Shown: positions 16,956 to 26,232 of the stretch, one piece after another | How the letters are laid out: each line of letters begins with the position of its first letter | Numbering within the stretch: position 1 is the stretch's first letter | Assembly: GCA_016839585.1 (NCBI GenBank) | Contig: JAEOTZ010000013.1 | Location: 1 to 34,435 of the forward strand | Source of the DNA: Promethearchaeota archaeon | GTDB taxonomy: Archaea; Asgardarchaeota; Lokiarchaeia; Sigyniarchaeales; SOKP01 | Reading direction: 5' to 3' | DNA length: 34,435 bases | The notes under the pieces: model-generated | Databases searched by the model: none | What the model was told of the DNA's origin: nothing | What the model saw: only the letters and a program-made list of their open reading frames with translations | Position numbers and translations under genes: made by a program

Positions 16956-17711
16956 TTAATCTTTTAATATATCCATTAATTCTGTGAAAATTACACCAGC
17001 ACTTCCCTTTAAAAACACATCTACTAAATCATCCATAACTGTATTATCTCTATTTATAAAAATAAGTTTTGCACCAAATTGTTTAGCTATTGAAGGAAGA
17101 AAATTTGCTGGACTTATTAAAAGTGATGATCCAACCATAATAAAACAGTCGCAATTTCTACAGACATTCATTGCTCCTTCTAATACACCAAATGGGAGAG
17201 ATTCTCCAAATAAGACAACTTTAGGTTTTATATAACCAGAACAATCACAGACAGGATAATCAACATTTTTTGTATCAATTTCATCATATCTGAACTCTTT
17301 TCCACACTTTATACAATGAAGGTTTCCATATTCACCATGTAATTGGTAGATTTTTGCACCATACTTTCCGCTTCCTGCTTTTTGATGCAACATATCGATA
17401 TTTTGAGTTATAACTGCCTTAATTTTACCTATTTTTTCTAATTCAGCAATAGCTTGATGAGCAGCATTTGGTTCTGCATCACCAACTATATCTTCTAATT
17501 CATTATGCATTTCCCAAAATTTGGAAGGATCCTTCAAAAAATATTGATAACTAGCATAAATCGAAGGGTCATAACGATCCCATAAACCCCCCAGACTTCT
17601 AAAATCATCAATTCCTGATTCTGTTGATATACCAGCACCAGAAAAAACTAAAATGTAATTAGAATCTTTAATAATTTTTGCCGCCTTAGATAGCTTTTCT
17701 ACATCTATCAT
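16956..17711 (-). CDS. cobB: NAD-dependent protein deacylase (Sir2/CobB)
   Basis: GAGISTESGI.DFR, TQNID.LH, LHG, Zn cysteines, KP.VVLFGE and GSSL. Confidence 0.95.
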   Translation of the reverse strand: MIDVEKLSKAAKIIKDSNYILVFSGAGISTESGIDDFRSLGGLWDRYDPSIYASYQYFLKDPSKFWEMHNELEDIVGDAEPNAAHQAIAELEKIGKIKAVITQNIDMLHQKAGSGKYGAKIYQLHGEYGNLHCIKCGKEFRYDEIDTKNVDYPVCDCSGYIKPKVVLFGESLPFGVLEGAMNVCRNCDCFIMVGSSLLISPANFLPSIAKQFGAKLIFINRDNTVMDDLVDVFLKGSAGVIFTELMDILKD

Positions 17712-17776
17712 TTTATTTATTTAAAAATTATTTAGAAGTATTATTATTAAACAGAAATAAATTGAAAAGTATAAAA

Positions 17777-19186
17777 TTATTCAATCTTTTGGCAAATAAT
17801 ATCAATTTTTTGAATAGTTTCATCAATAATCTCATCAGAATGTAGCATACAGGTGTAAAATCTGCTTCCGGCAACAGAAATAATTTCTTGGTCAACCAAC
17901 GCAGCCCCCATATGTTCCATAAATTCTTTACGTTGTTTGATTTGAGGACCTTGTTTTGGATCAGTAATATTCAGTCCGAAAACGCACGAAGAATGGAAAT
18001 GTACAGTACCCCCATAATTATACGAAAACCAAGGTAAATCATACTTTTCAAAAACTTCATTTAAACCAGTGGAAAGTCGTGAGGCTGCCTTTCCTGCAAT
18101 TTCAGTTGCGTTAGTCTCTTCAACAAATTTCATAGCCCAATATGCTGCCGCGCAAGTTAGAGGATTTGCTGCTAGTGTTCCACCACAATATGCTCGTTTC
18201 GCGCCTCCACCTACTCCAGCAGAAACCGTTGCCATGATATCAGCTCTTCCTCCTAATGCTGCAGCAGAAGGATATCCGTGTCCAACAATTTTCCCAAAAA
18301 TAGATAAATCAGGAGTATAGCCAAAATATGCTTGGCCTCCTCCCATATGTAATCTAAAAGCACACACTACCTCATCAGAAATAAGTAGTGTATCATTTTG
18401 ATGACAAAGTTCTTCTACTTCCTTATTAAATTCAGGTTTTACAGGAATTGCACCAGATTCACCACCCATAGGTTCTATAATTACCGCAGCAACTTTTTTC
18501 TTTTCCTTAAACATTTCTCTTAAGGCATAAATATCATTTGGAGGAACTGAATCTATATATTTAAATATCTCCCTTGGAATCCCATGGGATTCCATTCTTT
18601 TCGTACCTGGTATATGCAAATCATAAACCAGCTGATCTGACCAACCATGATAACTTCCTCCCACTTTTATAACATGCTTTTTTCCTGTAAATACACGTGC
18701 AACTCGTATAGCTAACATATCTGTTTCTGTACCACTTTGAAGCCACCTAATGCGTTCGCAGGAAGGAAAATGTTTTCGTAATTCTTCAGCAGCTAAATAT
18801 TCATATTCACTTGTTATTCCATGACAAGGTCCTGATTCCTTTATGACTTCTAAAACTTTTTCTGTTAATCCTGGATGATTATGTCCTAAGATTATTGGTC
18901 CTCCATCCATTAAATAATCTGTTAACAGAATATCATCTATAGTTTCCATATAACAATCAAATACTCTTTTACTTGTTAATGGAAAAGGATAATTAAAAGC
19001 TAAGTTATGTTCAACCCCACCCGGTATGATTTTTCGTGCCCTTTCAAATGCTTCCTTTGAAATTACATGATTTTTCTCATATCTATTTACAATCTCTTTT
19101 AATTCTTCAGGTTTAAATTTTCTAAGTGGTTGACTTACAATGTTTTCAATTTTAGCTCTCATTTTTTCATATTTCATACTAGACAT
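17777..19186 (-). CDS. Class III PLP aminotransferase (GSA-aminomutase-like)
   Basis: IPGGV, GP.ILGH, SGTE, YHGWSD, DEV..AFR, FGK (PLP Lys) and GGTLAANP. Confidence 0.9.
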   Translation of the reverse strand: MSSMKYEKMRAKIENIVSQPLRKFKPEELKEIVNRYEKNHVISKEAFERARKIIPGGVEHNLAFNYPFPLTSKRVFDCYMETIDDILLTDYLMDGGPIILGHNHPGLTEKVLEVIKESGPCHGITSEYEYLAAEELRKHFPSCERIRWLQSGTETDMLAIRVARVFTGKKHVIKVGGSYHGWSDQLVYDLHIPGTKRMESHGIPREIFKYIDSVPPNDIYALREMFKEKKKVAAVIIEPMGGESGAIPVKPEFNKEVEELCHQNDTLLISDEVVCAFRLHMGGGQAYFGYTPDLSIFGKIVGHGYPSAAALGGRADIMATVSAGVGGGAKRAYCGGTLAANPLTCAAAYWAMKFVEETNATEIAGKAASRLSTGLNEVFEKYDLPWFSYNYGGTVHFHSSCVFGLNITDPKQGPQIKQRKEFMEHMGAALVDQEIISVAGSRFYTCMLHSDEIIDETIQKIDIICQKIE

Positions 19187-19368
19187 TTCAAATCAAAATT
19201 ATTAGTTTTGAATAGTAACTCTCACAATTTTACTAATTAAATATGTAAAATAGACATTAAAAAAGAAGTTATTGTTTAATTCGGATTCCATGGATTTTAA
19301 ATATTTCTTTATAGAATTATATCATTGCTTGAAGAAAAATTAAAAATTTAGCTTTTTATCTTTAAAAA

Positions 19369-19839
19369 ATGATAGAAGATCTATTTTATTCCATGGAACT
19401 TAATATTAAAAGGATATTTTCTAATTTAGAACTTGATTTATTTCGATTATTTCATAAAAAAGTTAGAATTCATCCCGTAATTATAATTGTTCAAAGAGGT
19501 TACCTATTTTTTTTTGTAAAAAATGAAGATTACTTTAAAGCAAAATCCCGTATAAAATTTGTTAGAAATTATTTACCCAATAAGAAATTATTAATTATTC
19601 GATTAGAAAAGACAATTGCTAAAATGATTTTTGGGTTTTTTCCTGATGTTTATATTCATAATATTGATTTAGAGATTGATAAAAACACAGGTGATATAAT
19701 TATTACTGTAATTCTTTTAACAGATAGGGACAAAATAATTGCCGTTGGTGCTAAAGGGAATTATATTAAGGCTGTGAATGAAATATTCGATAAATATATT
19801 TATCCTGTAAAGATTAAGTGTGAAAAAGGTGGAATTTAA
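19369..19839 (+). CDS. Divergent archaeal NusA-like KH-domain protein
   Basis: DKIIAVGAKGNYIKAVNEIF resembles the second KH of archaeal NusA (DK..AIG..G.NI). The first KH GxxG is lost. Confidence 0.6.
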   Translation: MIEDLFYSMELNIKRIFSNLELDLFRLFHKKVRIHPVIIIVQRGYLFFFVKNEDYFKAKSRIKFVRNYLPNKKLLIIRLEKTIAKMIFGFFPDVYIHNIDLEIDKNTGDIIITVILLTDRDKIIAVGAKGNYIKAVNEIFDKYIYPVKIKCEKGGI

Positions 19840-19923
19840 AGTAATTTTATTTATGAGAATATAATTATTCAATAAATATCCTTCAAAAAATCTTTATTTA
19901 CTTCTTCAACATTTATATTAAAT

Positions 19924-21549
19924 ATGTCTGATTCACAAAACAAATATATACTTGCCATAGATCATGGGACTGGAGGTCCAAAATCAGCAATTGTCTCAAC
20001 AACAGGAGAAGTATTAGATTGGGCATTTGAAGAGGTACCTTTGCATGTATATAAAGGTGGGGGGGTAGAACAAGATCCAAATGATTGGTGGAATGCTATA
20101 TTAAAAACATGCAAGCAAGTTATTGATAATGAAAAAGTGGCTATAAATGATATAGTAGGAGTATGTAATACAAGTCAATGGAGTGGTACTGTTCCAGTAG
20201 ACAAGGATGGAAACCATTTAATGAATGCATTAATATGGATGGATACTCGGGGAGCTCCTTATGCAAAAAATATCCATAAAGGACTATTAAAGTTTTCAGG
20301 TTATAATATAAGAAAAGCACTCACATGGTTAAAAAGAAGTGGTGGAGCTCCAACTTTAAGTGGTAAAGATCCAATAGCTCATATGTTATGGGTAAAGCAT
20401 GAGCATCCAGATATTTATGAAAAAACTTACAATTTCTTGGAACCTCAGGACTATATAAACCTAAAGTTAACTGGGAAGTTTGCATCTTCATATACTACTA
20501 TTGGGCTTAATTGGCTGACTGATATAAGGGATATTAACAATATTAAGTATTCAAAAAAATTAATTAGAATGGCAAAGCTTGACAAGAATAAATTGCCATC
20601 TGAATTAGTAAATTCTACTGATATTTTAGGAAATATAACAAATGAATTTGCTGATTCATTAGGATTAGATAAAAATACTAAGGTGGTTGCTGGAGCTGCA
20701 GATGTTCCAGCGGCTGCAATAGGATCTGGTGCTGTTAGAGATTATGAAACCCATATTTATATAGGCACTTCAGATTGGGTAATTTGCCATATACCTTTTA
20801 AAAAAGTGGATATGTTTCATAACATTGGATCAGTAGCATCTGGAATTCCTGGAAGATATATGATAGTTAACGAACAAGAAATAGCTGGAGGCACTTTATC
20901 TTTTTTGAAAAATCAAATATTATATCATAAAGATGAACTTCTAAAAGAAGAAGCGGTGCCAGATGTATATAAAATTTTTGATCGCATCGTGGAAAAAGTT
21001 CCTGCTGGTTCAAATAATCTCATTTTTACTCCCTGGTTAATAGGGGAAAGATGCCCTGTCGATGATCATACAATTAGGGGAGGCTTATACAACATATCTT
21101 TGGAAATGACACGTGAACATTTGATAAGAGCAATATTTGAGGGAGTTGCATATAATGTTAAATGGGCTTTTACTTATGTAGAGAAACTAATTAAAAAATT
21201 TGTTATGAAAGAACGTCGGGAAATGAAAAAGAAGGGTGTTGTAATTCCAGAAATAAATATAATTGGTGGTGGAGCTCAGAGTAATATTTGGTGTCAAATT
21301 TTTGCAGATGTTTTAAACAGAAAAATAAAGCAGGTGAGGAATCCAATTCAAGCAAATGCCCGTGGTGCTGCTTTTATTGCATCAGTAGGGCTAGGGTATC
21401 TCAAATGGGATGAAATTCATAGATGTTGCGAGATAGCAAATGTCTTTACTCCAAATCCAGAAAATAGGAAAGTATATGACAAACTTTTCGAAGAATATCT
21501 AAACATTTATAAAATTATGGGAAAAACGTATAAACGATTAAATGAATAA
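19924..21549 (+). CDS. FGGY family carbohydrate kinase (xylulokinase-like)
   Basis: LAIDHGTGGPK, EQDP.DWW, IWMDTR, IGTS, PWL.GER.P, EGVAY and GGGAQS. Confidence 0.93.
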   Translation: MSDSQNKYILAIDHGTGGPKSAIVSTTGEVLDWAFEEVPLHVYKGGGVEQDPNDWWNAILKTCKQVIDNEKVAINDIVGVCNTSQWSGTVPVDKDGNHLMNALIWMDTRGAPYAKNIHKGLLKFSGYNIRKALTWLKRSGGAPTLSGKDPIAHMLWVKHEHPDIYEKTYNFLEPQDYINLKLTGKFASSYTTIGLNWLTDIRDINNIKYSKKLIRMAKLDKNKLPSELVNSTDILGNITNEFADSLGLDKNTKVVAGAADVPAAAIGSGAVRDYETHIYIGTSDWVICHIPFKKVDMFHNIGSVASGIPGRYMIVNEQEIAGGTLSFLKNQILYHKDELLKEEAVPDVYKIFDRIVEKVPAGSNNLIFTPWLIGERCPVDDHTIRGGLYNISLEMTREHLIRAIFEGVAYNVKWAFTYVEKLIKKFVMKERREMKKKGVVIPEINIIGGGAQSNIWCQIFADVLNRKIKQVRNPIQANARGAAFIASVGLGYLKWDEIHRCCEIANVFTPNPENRKVYDKLFEEYLNIYKIMGKTYKRLNE

Positions 21550-21572
21550 AATTTTTTCCTCTTCTTTTTTTA

Positions 21573-22430
21573 TTAACTTTGAATTTTTTTTGCTATAGTA
21601 GCAGAAATTCTTCGATTAATAAAGTCTTTAATTTCATTCACTCGATTTTTAGTAACTGTTGAAGTTAATAATTTTACTTTTAATTGCTTAATTAATTCTT
21701 TTTTAGAAATTTTCTTAACTCCTTCTAAGATAGATATTGTAAACTCCACATCTTCTATAAATTTGGCAATGTAATATGCTAAGAATTTTAATTGTTCACT
21801 TTGATCTTCTTTTTCTAAGGCAGAATTAATAATTGATTTTTCGAGTTGTAAATCTAATTTCCATGGAATTTGTATTATATGTTTACGGGGATTCATTAAG
21901 AATGCATTTTTTCTTTGATTTTGAACCAAACTATAAAAATAACCTATAGGATAGATCTCATCATCAAATTCAATAATTTTTAAAGGTCTGTTATTTTTAT
22001 ACATTTCAGGGATCAATTCATCTACAACATTGTTGATTTTATCCAAATTCACTTTAGCTCCATTACTCATGATCATATATGATGGATGATTGAATAACCT
22101 TGCGTGTATCAAACCTGCGACACAATTAAATCCCAAAGTTTTAATAAAGTTTATCAATGTCATTGTTTTTATAGAGTCATCTATAATTTCTTCTTTAATT
22201 TCTTCGATTGTGGCTGAAATTGAAAGATCAATAGCTTCATATCCGATAATTCTTCCTTTAACATCAATAAAAACGACAAATACGTGATCTTCACATACTG
22301 CGCCTTGCGGGACTTGGATCTTTATATGCCCAAATTTTTTATCATAAAAGAATGATTCTGGAATATTAACGGTTTTTACCGCACCACAGCTCGGACATGA
22401 CAATTCAAGTTGTTTAAATCGCTCAACCAT
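21573..22430 (-). CDS. Hypothetical protein with an N-terminal CPxC...CxxH metal-binding domain
   Basis: CPSCG...VCEDHVFVVFID. Start moved to ATG 22430 (MVERF), which has GGCGGGG upstream. Confidence 0.75.
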   Translation of the reverse strand: MVERFKQLELSCPSCGAVKTVNIPESFFYDKKFGHIKIQVPQGAVCEDHVFVVFIDVKGRIIGYEAIDLSISATIEEIKEEIIDDSIKTMTLINFIKTLGFNCVAGLIHARLFNHPSYMIMSNGAKVNLDKINNVVDELIPEMYKNNRPLKIIEFDDEIYPIGYFYSLVQNQRKNAFLMNPRKHIIQIPWKLDLQLEKSIINSALEKEDQSEQLKFLAYYIAKFIEDVEFTISILEGVKKISKKELIKQLKVKLLTSTVTKNRVNEIKDFINRRISATIAKKIQS

Positions 22431-22601
22431 AATTCTACCCCGCCTATATACAATAAATATAAAAAATTGCACTTAATACATAAAAATCCCCAAATTTAAA
22501 CTTTTTTTATTTTATGACATGAAACTAATAAAAAAAATTAAAAAAAAATATAATGCTAAAAAACATTAAATTCTTCCAATTATGGATATAACGTTAGATT
22601 T

Positions 22602-23126
22602 TTATCTATTTTCTTCTTTTTCATGATGGAGCATTACAATAATGCCCAATATTAACATAGCCATATCATCTGAAACATCAGGGGTAATTTTCACACCATA
22701 TGTTCCTTTAATTTTAAATAACTTTTTACTTATTTCAGCAACTTCTTTACCTTCATATAAGATTTTATATTTCAATGTCCATATGTTTCCTTTCATTTTA
22801 AAAATCTTCTTCTCATTTGGATCTTCAAACCAATAACTAGGTTTTACTGATACTAATTTCCTTTTCAATTGTCCTATAAATTTATTATCATCTTCTTCGC
22901 CACCCTCATAAAACTTATATGCTGAGTGCACAGAAGGTAATTTCTCGTGTACAGTCAGTAATGCATTATCTTCAAGATCTCGTAAACGGTATGTATTGGC
23001 TATTTTGATAAATTTTCCCTTGAAATACCCAAGTTCTTCTCTATCTGGAGTCATAACCTTGACTTTATCTTTAAATGACACCAATTTTTCTTGCATTAAG
23101 AATTCTCGTTGTTTAGTAAGTTCCAT
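22602..23126 (-). CDS. LURP-one / scramblase / Tubby-C-like family protein
   Basis: KLVSF.D, IGQLKRKL, MKGNIW..KY.I...G.EVAEISKK.F....TY.V and a C-terminal hydrophobic helix. Confidence 0.85.
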   Translation of the reverse strand: MELTKQREFLMQEKLVSFKDKVKVMTPDREELGYFKGKFIKIANTYRLRDLEDNALLTVHEKLPSVHSAYKFYEGGEEDDNKFIGQLKRKLVSVKPSYWFEDPNEKKIFKMKGNIWTLKYKILYEGKEVAEISKKLFKIKGTYGVKITPDVSDDMAMLILGIIVMLHHEKEENR

Positions 23127-23247
23127 AAATACATCACTCTTTATTGTTAAAATTTATAAAATTATCAAAATTCGAGTTTTTAAATCTATGGTTTCAAATA
23201 AAGTAAAAAGAAATCTAAAAAAAATTAATTAAAAAAATTTTAATTAT

Positions 23248-25110
23248 TTAACCTTTTATAGGTTTACCGGTATCAAGCTTATCCAAATCTTTTTCTTGGA
23301 GTTCACGTCTCTGAACTTTACCAGTCATACTAACTGGCATTTTTCTTACAAATTCGATATATTTCGGTGATTTCCATTTTGCTATATTATTCAAACACCA
23401 TTCTTTTAATTGGTCACTTGTTATATCTCTATCAGCCTTGTAACCTTTCTTTAAAGTCACCCAGGCTTTTACAGCTTCTCCAGTCATCTCATCAGGAAGT
23501 CCAGCTACGGCTATCTCATCTATCATTTCATGATTACCCATTAATTCTTCAACCTCTTTAGGGAAGACAGAATGCCCAGATACCTTTATAAGAGACTTTT
23601 TGCGATCTCTTATTTCTACCCAGCCATGTTCATCCATAAAACCAATATCACCAGTTAATAACCAACGCTTTCCACCCCAATACTTCAAATTATCTTCTTG
23701 TTCTTCTTGTTCACCTAAATAACCTAACATTATATGCGGCCCAGCACAACAAATTTCTCCTGTATTTTCAATCCCAAAACCTCCTCGTTCTTTAGTTCCA
23801 TCACATATAGGACCTGCTTCAAAATTTTCTGAATCAAAAATAGTCCAATCAGCACCAGGAATTGGTAATCCTAACTTTCCAGTTTTTGTTGGACCCCAAA
23901 AAGGAGCTATACTCTGCATAGGAGACGTTTCAGTTAATCCATAGCCAGAACGTATTGGACAGAAAATCTCTTCAAAGGGTATTCGAACATAGTCATGGAG
24001 AGGTCCTGCACCTTGTGTTGCATATCGCAATTTTTTCCAAAAATCGTATTTTTTCTTGAATTCTTCCACTCCCATTTCATTTACGAAATCCGTAAGTCTC
24101 TTGAATAACATTTCAACTCCAGTATACATTATTCCTTCAGGAGCATCAATCTTATTTATAGCTTCACATAAAACATCATCTGAGGGTGGTTTTGGGAATA
24201 GAAGCATTACCATTCCTAAGCCAAGAGCTGCATTCATAACACAGGTTAAACCAAAGCTATGGAAAAATGGTATAGAACCAATTGTTATCATTTCTGCCTT
24301 CAAATTTGTCCAAGGTTTAGCCATATTAAGATTAGCACTTAGATTCGCATGTGAAAGCATTGCAACTTTTGGTAACCCCGTAGTCCCCCCTGTCATGAGA
24401 TACACAGCTGGATCAGTCCAAGGATCAATATCTACCTCGATTTCTGCTGGTTCAGTAGTATTAATTATATCTTTCATCCAAATAACTTTATAATGCTCAG
24501 TTTCATTAGGTATTTTATCTTTAGCATTAGGAATTGCTAACTTTTCTAGAGTTTGTTCATCAGCTGTCAAAAACTCTACAAAATTCGAAGGGATCACATA
24601 TTTTACTTTCGTTTTTGGAAGCACATCTGAGGGACCCGCGATATATAACATATCCATCATAACAAACACTTTCGCCTTAGTCATTGTTAAAGAATGCAAG
24701 AGTTCCATTGGTCTATATGTGGGATTGATCCCTTGGACAATTGCACCAATATATTGACAACCCATATATGCAACAACAAAATTTATAGAATTTGGAAGGT
24801 CAATCGCTACAACGTCTCCTTTTCTAATACCCAATTCTTTATAAAGATATGTTCCAAATCGTTTAGCATAATTAAATAAAGTTCTTAATTTTACACGCTC
24901 AATATATGAACCATAGACAAAATTACAAACGTCTTTATCCCAAGTTTCAAAATCATCAGCAGCTTTCAAAAAATATTTCCATAATGGCAAAATTTCAACA
25001 TCTTCTATGTCCTTTAATTGTTTTGGAACTCCTTCTGGCCAATAGCCCCCTGTAAACCATACTTTTTTCTCATCAACTAGAAAATCATCTAAACTTGTCA
25101 TTTTTCTCAT
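23248..25110 (-). CDS. Long-chain fatty acid-CoA ligase (AMP-forming)
   Basis: TGGTTGLPK, PFFHSFG, GYGLTETSP, TGDIG, DRKK..IK.SG..VFP.EVE and GKV.RR. Confidence 0.95.
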   Translation of the reverse strand: MRKMTSLDDFLVDEKKVWFTGGYWPEGVPKQLKDIEDVEILPLWKYFLKAADDFETWDKDVCNFVYGSYIERVKLRTLFNYAKRFGTYLYKELGIRKGDVVAIDLPNSINFVVAYMGCQYIGAIVQGINPTYRPMELLHSLTMTKAKVFVMMDMLYIAGPSDVLPKTKVKYVIPSNFVEFLTADEQTLEKLAIPNAKDKIPNETEHYKVIWMKDIINTTEPAEIEVDIDPWTDPAVYLMTGGTTGLPKVAMLSHANLSANLNMAKPWTNLKAEMITIGSIPFFHSFGLTCVMNAALGLGMVMLLFPKPPSDDVLCEAINKIDAPEGIMYTGVEMLFKRLTDFVNEMGVEEFKKKYDFWKKLRYATQGAGPLHDYVRIPFEEIFCPIRSGYGLTETSPMQSIAPFWGPTKTGKLGLPIPGADWTIFDSENFEAGPICDGTKERGGFGIENTGEICCAGPHIMLGYLGEQEEQEDNLKYWGGKRWLLTGDIGFMDEHGWVEIRDRKKSLIKVSGHSVFPKEVEELMGNHEMIDEIAVAGLPDEMTGEAVKAWVTLKKGYKADRDITSDQLKEWCLNNIAKWKSPKYIEFVRKMPVSMTGKVQRRELQEKDLDKLDTGKPIKG

Positions 25111-25250
25111 TTTTTAAAAGTAAATTATAATTTTATAGAATAGTAGTTAAATTTTCTACTACTATAATATGTTTGATATACTATTATATAATAATTTAAC
25201 TTGATTTATGTATAAGATCTTAATTGAATCAATGACATTTTTGATAATTA

Positions 25251-26108
25251 ATGGGTTTTAAAGATAAACTTAAGGAAAAGTTAAAAGGCTCTTTAACTGA
25301 AGAAGAACTATCTGTTCTTCCAAGGGGATTTCAAACCTTAGGAAAAGTTATAATTTTAAAATTAAATCCAAAATTATTTGAAAAAAGAGAGATTATTGGA
25401 AAAACTTATTTAAAATTATTTCCAAATATTAGATCCGTTTATATTAATTTAGGTAAAGTGGTAGGTGCATTTAGGGAACCAGAAAATATTGAATATATCG
25501 CAGGGGAGAATAATCCTATTGTTGAACATAAAGAACACGGAATAATTTATAGGTTTGATATAACAAAGATTATGTTTAGTAAGGGTAATATTAATGAAAG
25601 AAAGTATTTAGCAACTTTAGTTAAAGATGGAGAAATCATTATTGACATGTTTGCAGGTATAGGTTATTTTTCATTACCAATTGCAAAGCATTCATCAGCT
25701 GTAAAAATCTTTAGTATTGAAATCAACCCTGTTTCTTATAAATTCTTAATTGAAAATATAAAAATTAATCATCTAGAGGATATTATAATTCCAATTTTTG
25801 GTAATAGTAAAGAAGAAGTATTAAACCTTAGTAAATCAGGTACTAGAGCAGATAGAGTAGTAATGGGTGTTTTACCAGCGCCCAGAGACTTTATAAAGGA
25901 AGCTTTATCATTGACAAAAGATAATGGGACGATATTTCATTATGAAGGTGTAGTAAGTAAAAATGAGTTTACATCTCTTTTTGAAGAATTCAAGGAAGAA
26001 GCCAAAAAAATAGGCTTTAAATCTGAATTAAGGCAGCAAAGAATTATAAAAAGTTATGGTCCGAATTTATACCACACAGTATTGGATATACTTGCTTATA
26101 AAGAATAA
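25251..26108 (+). CDS. taw2: Taw2/TYW2-like (Met-10/Trm5 family) SAM-dependent tRNA wyosine enzyme
   Basis: HKEHG..Y.FD..KIMFSKGN..ER, DMFAGIGYF, EINP, ADRVVMG and KSYGP...H.VLD. Confidence 0.8.
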   Translation: MGFKDKLKEKLKGSLTEEELSVLPRGFQTLGKVIILKLNPKLFEKREIIGKTYLKLFPNIRSVYINLGKVVGAFREPENIEYIAGENNPIVEHKEHGIIYRFDITKIMFSKGNINERKYLATLVKDGEIIIDMFAGIGYFSLPIAKHSSAVKIFSIEINPVSYKFLIENIKINHLEDIIIPIFGNSKEEVLNLSKSGTRADRVVMGVLPAPRDFIKEALSLTKDNGTIFHYEGVVSKNEFTSLFEEFKEEAKKIGFKSELRQQRIIKSYGPNLYHTVLDILAYKE

Positions 26109-26232
26109 AATATTTATCTTGTATTAAAAAGTTCGATAATTTTATTTATTGAATAAAAGAACTAGATATTATAGAATATTAAGAAATGAAAAATTTGTAT
26201 TATTCGAAATCATAGTTAGGAATTGAATAAAA

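Noticed and set aside
17777-19186. Assigning hemL (and xylB to 19924-21549, hemE to 32860-33942)
   Set aside because: Only superfamily motifs are visible, and the genomic context does not support the specific functions.
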